64,000 nt of DNA from contig RHPI01003642.1 of the NCBI GenBank assembly GCA_009103225.1, positions 1,045,099 to 1,109,098 of the forward strand, read 5' to 3'. Made by a program: the position numbers and the translations under genes. Of this stretch, positions 52,401 to 64,000 are shown piece by piece. The notes beneath the pieces were generated by a model. The model searched no databases and had not been told where the DNA came from. It saw only the letters and a list, made by a program, of their open reading frames with translations. This DNA is from Chlorokybus atmophyticus (taxonomy: Eukaryota; Plantae; Mesostigma and Chlorokybus algae). Position 1 is the first letter of the stretch, and each line of letters opens with the position of its first letter.

Positions 52401-54290
52401 CTACGGAGTCCCACTATCGCTGTCGTCATACCTGAATAGTGTCTGCATCTGCATGGCCAGCCGCGCTGCAACTGCCCTACGATCATGATCACTTAGATTG
52501 CGCGAATTTTGCCGAAAAGATGAAGCCTGCAGCATAAGCTTCTCCATTTGCTCAATTTCATTCAACATTGCGGCTTCCTCGCTATCCGTGCCCAGCTCAT
52601 CAGGTGCATCTCCAAGCATGGATGACAGAAACAGGTTGCGCTCTTGTGTGTCGTCCAGAATGGAGTACCGGCCCAGTCCATCATCACTAGTGGGTGACAA
52701 GTGTCCATCCGACAATGTTGTCTCTTCATGTCGACTGCAATCAGCTCCAAGCCCCGTGACAGAAGTTGCATCTGCGAGTGTGCAAAGCCTGTATATAAGA
52801 TGTTGCCATGATTGTGACGCAACATGCAGTGACTTGTCAGCCTGCCCTCACCAAAGCCAGGTCTCGGCTTAAGCACCAGGCCAGGCCACATGTGTGCATG
52901 GAGTGCATCTCTCACACGCGCAACACCCTGACGCTCGCCATCACCTCCACCTGGCGAATCACACTTAGCTGTAATAATGTACCAACATACACTGCAAGGT
53001 CATAACACATGCAGCATACGATCTTTGTACACTCACCTAGGTCGTAGCGCTCGTCACATGCACAGGCCTCCACATACTCAATGCCTGAGTCTATGCACCA
53101 ACTTTGCCAGTCTCCTCGACCCTGATGGCTGCCGCCTTGCAGCAAGTCCGCCTTGTTGCCCACGCACAACCGGACCTCGCAGGACTCCAACTCAGTGGTC
53201 GCCACCCAGTGCTGCACTGCCGTGAACGTGTCCATCTGAAACAGAATGCCCCCTCTCTATATATCAGCTGCTTGTTACAAGACAAACGCACCAGCATGTG
53301 CACACACCCATGACTTGCGGTGTGTGTAAGTTGCTGCTGTTGTCACAATACATACCTGATTGACGTCGAACACCAGTAGCAGCGCCTCGCAACCTGCTGC
53401 CAGTGCCTGCAGCTTTGCTTGGCTGCAGGATTCAGTGCCGTTATCCGCCAGCCGTGCCACTAAGACATCCACATCGGCAGTGTAGTATTTGGTGTCGACA
53501 GGCCACCTGCATGCTGTGACCTGTTCATCCGCTGCAAACCAACTGTGCAAAAACTCTCAACAAAGGCACGCATTGGAATCAACGCTGCGCACCTTCGCAG
53601 CTGCACCCCTTCATGACTGGCACTGATACCCGTCTGCGGCTCCTCTGCTTTCAGCAAGGCTGCAAAGCAGCAGCCGCTTAAGGCGGCATGAATACCTCGG
53701 ATCGTCATATCATCGCACGCAAACACAGCAGTCCAATGGACTGGACAACACCACCAAGAGTGCACACTAAGCATAACTTCTCACCATTAAGACATGACAC
53801 GCATGCACTCAGGCAGGTGTTGCGATCATCACACGTTCTGATTGGCTTGACATTAGTAGTCTATTGTTTTGCACAGAACACATGACTGTGACAGTATCGA
53901 GCTGAAGCTTAACAACGCATCATTAGAGCATTAACAGATGTACATCGACCCAAACGACTTGTACGCTACCACACGAAGAATATCCCGACGGACAGGGATT
54001 GCCAGCAGCTAAGCAGGAGAGGTGTGTGACGAATATTCAGACTGCTGGGATGGTCAGCATGCAGGCTGCTGCTGCTGCCAGTGACTGTGCAGATGCTATG
54101 TGACTGTGAAGCTAGCACACGCACTGTTGACGAGCGTCGCCTTGCCGGTGCCTGCAGCGCCCACCACCAGCACCCGAGGCCGCCCAGAGGAGGCGCCGGC
54201 GTCGCCCTGAACATCACCGCCACCATCAGCCGTCTGTGGCGAAGCTGGCTGCAACACCGGCGGTGATCCTTCTGACACAGGAACACCCAT
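52401..54290 (-). CDS. AAGAB: Alpha/gamma-adaptin-binding protein p34 (AAGAB/Irc6) (spliced)
   Basis: GTPase-like LVVGAAGTGKATLV, W.VDTKYYTADV, LCVGNKAD, WCIDSGIEYVEACA, ALHAHMWPGLVLK, C-terminal RRAVAARLAMQM. Confidence 0.88.
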
Positions 54291-54355
54291 CGCCACCACC
54301 ACCTGCCGCCAACAAGGTCGCCGACGACGACGCTGATGCTGATTGCAACATGTTG

Positions 54356-54364
54356 TTAGGGTTT
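54356..54364. promoter_or_regulatory. Telo-box (AAACCCTAA on the minus strand) in the AAGAB/CFAP45 divergent region
   Basis: Exact TTAGGGTTT about 65 bp upstream of the AAGAB ATG; the divergent ATGs are 416 bp apart. Confidence 0.45.
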
Positions 54365-54706
54365 GCTTGCTTGCTGGGCTGAGCGGATATCAGTGAGCTC
54401 TTGGTATATGTCCGCCACCGCGCGCGTACATCACGACTCTAGGTTGTCACGTGACCAGGGCGAGATATCGATCCCTGGAGTCGCGAATCTGGCGTTGCAT
54501 GCGGTCAAGCAACAAAGACTGGAAATAGGCAGGCTGGAGAGCTCTCGCAGGGCCACGTGGCAGCCTGCGCTGGTGGTGGCGGGAGGAACGCCGCCGCCGA
54601 CGCACACTACCGCCATCACCATCGCCACCGCCACCAGGGGAGTGTTGTCTCACGACAGGCTTGAGGTCTCTCCCGCCACCTCCTCCTCGCCACCGCCGCC
54701 GCTAAG

Positions 54707-57700
54707 ATGGTGAGTATAGTCTTGTATTGTAGCTCAGCAGTGCTCACCAGGCCAGCCTGGTCTGTTCCAGGAGTACACAGTGGGTTGAGTGTGAACGTGA
54801 CGCATACCAACAAGTTCTCATACGCTGTGCTGTGTCTCTTCCAGCCGGCGTCTGTGGCGGGGTCCACAGGGTCTAGAGGGAGCTCTGGCGCCAACAGCAG
54901 GACATCCTCAAAGGGCACCAAGTACAAAGTGGTAAGTCCGGACGACCAATGAACGGAGTAGTTGGTTACTATTACAGTATGAAACTGATGTGCGGTCTTA
55001 AACACGCACAGGTGGCGGCTAGAAGTCAGGTTGACGAGTCTCTGTTTGGCGCAAAACAACAGGTGCGGTTTTCTTGGAGCTCACAACACAGTAGCACACA
55101 ACCCGCAAAATAGGTTGTTGTCACAACCATGAATGCTGATGTGGTACTGTGTACCCATCACTCATTGGAGGTCGTAAATTTGTGTGCCTATGTGCTCACA
55201 GAATGAGTCAACAACAGCCCTTCGCACAAACAACAACGGCAACTCCCCCAAGTACGGCACAAACGCGGCCGCCGTGGCCGACGCCGTCACGCTCACCCCG
55301 GCCGACCTCGCCCGCATCAAGGTGTGTGTTCATTTTAATAGCGTTTATTTTTCACATCACCAATCCTGGTTTGGCTGACTGACGCGGATTATGTTGTAGA
55401 GCGGGTGTGATATTATGACCGCGGAAGAGAGGAGTCAGTTGCGAAAGAAGCAGGAGGAGGCGAGGGAGAGGGAACGCGCCACCGCCATGGCACGAAAACA
55501 GGCTATGCTGAAGGCAAGGAAGAGTGTTGCGCTGGACAGCGTTGTTGTTGATGGTGTTGTGTGCTGAGGTACTTGAAGCTTCGCAAGATCGTCATTTTGA
55601 TGAGGTTGTGTGGTTGCAGATGGAAGAGGAGAGGAAGAAGCGGGCGCCGACAGAGACAGAAAGGCTCAAGGCAGAGGCTGATGCCAGGCAAGTTGCGTTG
55701 CAATGTGACCCAACACAGCATATAATTTTGTGCAAACGTTGTTGGTTGGTTGTGCGTTGTCTAATGTTGAAACTACTTGCTGTCCAACCCCAATCAATAC
55801 ACATCTACACGCGCAGCACGCTGGCGAAGGCGAGGGCGATGCAGGAGGAGGAGCTGGACGAGGTGAAGCGCATGAACCAGATGGTGCACTACTCCAAGTG
55901 CGTCACCATCCGCGACGCACAGATTGAAGAAAAGGTCAGCATCAACGGCATGGTCTTGGTAGCTTGATGAGTGGTTTTAACACGCCTCTGGTCTCAGCAA
56001 CGCATCCGAGACGACGAGACCGCGTACCAGCGCTCACTCGACCAGATGATGGAGTCAGAGAGGGTGAGAGAGAATTGTTGTTGTTGTTGTGTGGGTGGGT
56101 GTATGTGAGTGTGGTTGGGTGGGAGCTTGAGCACGTGGATGTTGGTGTGGGTGTGTGGGTTGTGTGCATGCGTGCGTGGGTGGGCGGGTGGGTGTGCTCA
56201 CTATCTCGTTATGTGCGTGTGTCGCACAATCTCGACAACACCCATTGTCCACAGGTGCGTGCGCTAATTAGTTACGAGGACCGCGAGGCGCGGCGTGCCG
56301 AGAGCCGTCGTCAGGGCGCGACCGTGCTTCAGAAGCAGATCGAGGAGCGCAGGGTCGAGCGGCAGGTCGCCGAGGAGATGCGCGACCAGGAGAGAGTGCT
56401 CATACTCAAAGAGATCGAACGCGTCAAGGAGGAGGAGAAGGCCCAGGTGTGTATGCGTGGTGGTTCGCATTTGTACCATGTGTCACGCACACGCATGTAC
56501 ACACACGCTTACACGTTGGCGTGAGTACGTGCACATACACGCACATACACGCCCACCCACCCACCCTCACACGAACGCGCGCGCGCATGCGCACGTGCAC
56601 GCGCATGCGCACGCGCACGCACGCACGCACGCACCCACGCACGCACGCTCACACTCCCCCACCCAGGCCGCGGATCGTCGTGCCGCCGGCCGTCGTCTGT
56701 TATCCGAGGTCGCCGCCGCGAACGCCGATCAGATCGAGCGCAAGCGCGTTCTGGCGTCGGCGGAGCGCGAGGACGACGAGCGGATCGCGGCGTACCTGCG
56801 CGCGCGGGAGGCACGGGAGGCGGAGTTGGCGGAGGAGGCGGAAGCGAGACGGAGGGAGAAGGAGAAGGAGACGGCACGGCTACGGTCACTGCAGGTGGGG
56901 ACGATGATGTGTTACCACCACATGTTTTGTGTTGTGTTTGTGTCGGGAGCGTTGACAGCGTTGGTGTTGGTGTACTGGTACTGTGTTGTATCACGACCAC
57001 CGCAATGTGTGTGTTGGTAGTTTAGTCTCAGTAGTAGCAAGTATCCTTGCTACCAGATGTATCACTGATACTACTGGAAGCGACGGTATGCTTGCTACCA
57101 GCGTTACCTGCTGCTCGTGAATCGGTCGCACTGTTAGATTTTTGCTCATCACAACTGATGCCACTGGTCAATGCGTAACCGGTTCACAGATGTGATAATG
57201 GTACCGCTACTTTACAACCACTGGTGCTACTAACAGCAATTGGTGCGAGATCGGCCGTAGTATTGCTGCCACCAGTGGCGCACGGACTAGTTACTACGAC
57301 TAGTGGAGTACCACTGGATTGTTAGTTTGTGGTACTAGTGTTCGAGAGCCGTATACCCGTGGTATCACTGGCAGTCACTACTGCCAGTGATCATTCCACC
57401 GCAAGTGGTACAACTGCCGGTACACTACTGATGGCTAGTGATACCCGTAAAACCACCACTGGTTACTGCCAACTTTGACAACCAACTCGCCCTCATAGCA
57501 CTAACCCTTCCACCCCCCTCCCCCTCTCCCTTCCTCAGGAGCGCGCCAACGACAAGGCCGCCCAGCTCGACGAGCTCCGCGCCCTCCGGGCCCAGGAGTC
57601 CTACGAGCGGGACTGGCGCGACCGGGAGCGGGTCGAGGCCCTGCGGTCGACCGCCATGAACGCCGAACTCGCCAGGGCAAGGGAGGAGCAGCAGGCGAGC

Positions 57701-58345
57701 AGGGTGAGGCAGATGGCGGCGGCGGCGAGGGCCGAACAACAGGTGAGGGGAGGGTGTGGTAGTTATCATAGTTGTTGTCGTTGTCATTGTGATTGTTGTT
57801 ATTTCTGTATATGTCACTACTAACACAATCACTGTTTGATGATTACTATGATATCATTGATGCTGTACTGTTGTAGTATTACATTATCATAATTATTACT
57901 ATAGTATGACATGCAAGATACACAACAGAGATTTGTGTCCACACAAACTGCTCGCTGCTATCACTACAGCAACCACTCGACTACAACTCCGCCAACTCTG
58001 CAATCCTGAGTCTAACTATCCTCTGCTCTGCTGCCTTAGGAGTTCGAGCGTGTCGTTGCCGCCCAGCGCGCCCAGGAGGACGCCGACACCGCCTTGTCCT
58101 CTGCCGCCCGTCGCTTGCGTCTCACCCACAAGCAGGAGCTGGTGAACCAGATCAACAAGAACGAGGAGGGGAGGCGACGGGACCGGGCGGAGTATCTAGC
58201 CGAAGGGGCGAGGCTGAGGGAGGCGCACGAGATGGCCAAGGCGAGAGTGGAGGAGATCAGGAGGAGGAAGTTGGGGGAACTGGAGGAGGCGGGGGTGCCG
58301 GCGAAGTATAGAGCGGAACTGGAGAGGAAGAAGATCAGTGTCTAG
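54707..58345 (+). CDS. CFAP45: Cilia- and flagella-associated protein 45 (about 12 exons; first coding exon is the ATG alone)
   Basis: VDESLFG; EEELDEVKRMNQMVHYSKCVTIRDAQIEEK; E/R-rich trichohyalin-like coiled coil; C-terminal GVPAKYRAELERKKISV-TAG. Confidence 0.92.
57010..57480. repeat. CCACTGG/CCAGTGG/TAGT-rich palindromic insert in a long CFAP45 intron (possible MITE relic)
   Basis: Hairpin gtagcaag-tatc-cttgctac (~57035) and many ccactgg/ccagtg/actagt motifs; composition unlike the flanks. Confidence 0.4.
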
Positions 58346-58834
58346 GAGTTGGTTTCATTAGCAGACATTGCCGTACTGTATCATACCTCATACACCACGC
58401 TATAGCTGTGTTACCCAACACAGGGCTGGCTGATGTCACAATCAACTGGATGCGTACATGGGTACACACGTGGGTGCGCAGACACTCGCATATACGCGTC
58501 GCCACACTAACACGCCATGCTCCGCCACGCCACGCCAACACGCACATGCTATACACACATACCCAAACACGTGCACCGGCACGTACACATGGCCACACAT
58601 GTACACATGAAGCTGTACGCACACGCATGGTCAATATTGTGCATCTTTGCCTGATGTTCCTTGCCTCTTGAGCTCCGTGGTTCATGCTGTCTCAAACCGC
58701 AACATCTTGCATTACATGCAAGCAGCGCCATGTACACGCGTAGCACCCACACCAACTCAACTGTATACACAAGCACACTGGTTGTCTTATTCGACCAACA
58801 CCAATCTGAGAACTAACTAATACCACCACTCCTA

Positions 58835-61189
<2,355 letters not shown>

Positions 61190-62953
61190 AGTGACGTGCG
61201 CTGGATTTGTCGATGCACAACACCACCTCTGGGCAGTGGGTCTGTCAACCCATGCTGCGGTGGTGGCAGAGGAGGAGCAGGAGGGGGAGGAAGAGGAGGA
61301 CACGGCGGCGGCGCAGAGGAGGCGGAGGTGGAGGATGACCAGAAAGTGGTCACGTGACCTTGGCTTAGACGAGGACTCCCAACAGACCTCGATATAAGCG
61401 CTGTCGATACAATGGTGCAACGGATGTCAACCTCATGTGTTGAACAATGGCCGGTTGTTGCAATGGCTTACATACCCCAGACTCTTTATGGCCTGTGCAG
61501 GCTGCACTTCCAAGCATGTGTACATAAACCTATACACACTACTGCTGCTACCTAGACATGTACCTACTGAAGTCGATTGTTGACATCCTTGAGGATATAC
61601 GATTAACGAATTCTTGTTGTTTTTGTTTTAACTCAATGATGTATTCAATAAGACGGTTAGTTTTGGAGTTTATCCCAACGACTTGTTATGTCATTTTATT
61701 CACATTAACAAGAGATACATTTGCAACATGCGTACCCCATTGTATTTTTGGTTGAAATAAGATGCATCGCGTACGACTTATGCTTGCGTATTTATGGGAT
61801 AACAATCACTCATTTAAAACAAACATTACAAACGATCAAGTTGACACGATTGTGGGTTTAAAGGACTTGTATACAGTACATAAGAGCTGCGCTATATGTA
61901 TAATTCAACACCGGTGTTGGCGTTATGTAACATTTGGCATACACAAATCTTGAAGTAATGATCTCCGTAACATGCAATCAATCTTCGAGGTGTTAGTTAT
62001 TATATTTTGAACAATACACGCAATAACAGACTTCTGGTAATATCAATAATAAGTTATATGCAAAACACAACATATGTGAGCAAGGTCGAAGACCCTATCT
62101 GATATATGGTCTATAGATTAACATGTGGATAATTGACGTTGATGTCTTGCGTTGCCTTTCGTACATTGCCTTTTTGATAGAAGCTATGTGAATGCATGAA
62201 TGGGCTTGCGTAAGACACGAATGTTCAACTTTGTGTTTGCATGTTTGATGCTATTACATGAATTTGATTAATTGCGACACCTCCATCTAACCATATGCAT
62301 TAATGCAAGAACATATTCAAAGACATAACATCTCGAAGAAAAATACGTTGACCCTTGAAAACCACTGCAGGTCAAAGCTACCAATTCAAGATTGTGCGTG
62401 GCGTATGAAGCAGTGCATCTTTAAAATTCAGGTTGCCATTGCAATGCCATGAATGGTATTTTATCTTTGAAACCATATCTTGAACGTATTGCTATCACAT
62501 ATATTCATGAACATGTGAACACGACTCAACACGATTGTAATTATGACAAACGTCAGAAACACTTCCGACTGTGATGGAAGTTGTCAAGCATCATCATTCC
62601 CTTTTGGTACCTTCCGCCACGGCAGCGCACCAGTCGCGTCGCCTGCCTGTGTGTTGCCGCACAGACCCACTGTCAGCTTCGCGTCAGAAGGGGAAGTTAC
62701 GAATCTCCGAGCCGTGCGTCAGGTGTTGACATCTCACTCGACATAGCCTCTTGCCCCGGGCCAAGCGGGCCGCGGTGTTGACATCCGTCGCAGCCCAAAC
62801 CAACGCATGGGCGGAAGCGCTACAGACTGAACCACCGCCCAGGCCACATGCCCCTGGCGATATTTACGGTGAGGCTTCGAAGATTTCACGGTTGGGCTTC
62901 AAGATTGAACGCTCACTCTACCAGGGGGTAATCGGTGGCCTCACGGCTGTGGT

Positions 62954-62958
<5 letters not shown>

Positions 62959-63000
<42 letters not shown>
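62959..63000. repeat. (AG)n microsatellite
   Basis: About 21 units, just upstream of the acceptor TGTAG at ~63014. Confidence 0.97.
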
Positions 63001-63002
<2 letters not shown>

Positions 63003-63044
63003 GTGTATCTGTAGGTTTGCTGGTTGGAGTGCTTCCCTGCAGCT

Positions 63045-63202
63045 ATGACGGCGGCGAAGAGCGCGTGGACCGGGGTGGAGCAGTATGCCGAGGCGGCGGG
63101 GATGGAGAGCAATACCTCCACGAGCAGCAGTAGCGACGAGCAGCACAGCAGGGTCGTTGTGGTTGCGGTGGACGGCTCCCCCTGCGCCGAATACGCCCTC
63201 AG
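63045..63202 (+). CDS. First coding exon of a universal stress protein (USP)-domain gene; the rest is not identified in the window
   Basis: MTAAKSAW...RVVVVAVDGSPCAEYALR|GTAC matches the USP N-terminal motif R.vvvavD.S..s..Al.W. Confidence 0.7.
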
Positions 63203-63256
63203 GTACAACGTCCGACGCTGTGCTGAATCAGACACAAGTACTGTTGACAGAATGCA

Positions 63257-63802
<546 letters not shown>

Positions 63803-64000
63803 CTCTCTCGCTGTCGCTCTCTCGCTCGCGCTCTGTGCGTGTACGCAGAGTAGTGTGTGTGTGTGCGTGTGTGCTTGCGCGCGATTGCATTCTACAGCAT
63901 TGCCTTGAGGTCTCTTGCAAGCTCTGTTGCAGTTATCCTTCCTAGGGCATCCCAATATTGTCTTGGGACAAGTGCACACAACTTGTGACACATTACGATG

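Noticed and set aside
52790-52850. GC-AG intron in AAGAB (GGCAG|GCTGAC)
   Set aside because: A canonical donor TTTG|GTGAGG with acceptor CGCAG|AT restores the frame.

Overview
Eukaryotic nuclear DNA with spliceosomal introns and the standard code. It most likely comes from a flagellated green-plant-lineage alga, judging by plant-type DDM1, HEN2, adenylate kinase and PPR-SMR genes plus the ciliary gene CFAP45. 1-16.9 kb is a nest of decayed transposons: an intron-containing EnSpm/CACTA transposase, a divergent OTU-protease relic, a pogo fragment, foldback and palindromic repeat families, an N gap and unassigned ORF remnants. 17.3-28.0 kb holds DDM1, PIG-T and a PPR-SMR gene. About 30.0-40.6 kb is a large decayed Helitron-type island: RepHel, an unknown spliced ORF, an intact GIY-YIG nuclease ORF and a convergent Zn-finger/coiled-coil/RING gene relic. 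42.4-64 kb is gene-dense: adenylate kinase, TTC1, HEN2, AAGAB/p34, CFAP45, an ankyrin-repeat gene the ORF track misses, and the start of a USP-domain gene, with very long intronic (CA)n and (CT)n arrays. The main points of interest are the Helitron-associated GIY-YIG and RING(+SIM-like) cargo, ubiquitin-system enzymes in both TE regions, and several GC-AG introns. Gene models were spliced by eye and family calls are from motif recognition, with no database searches.
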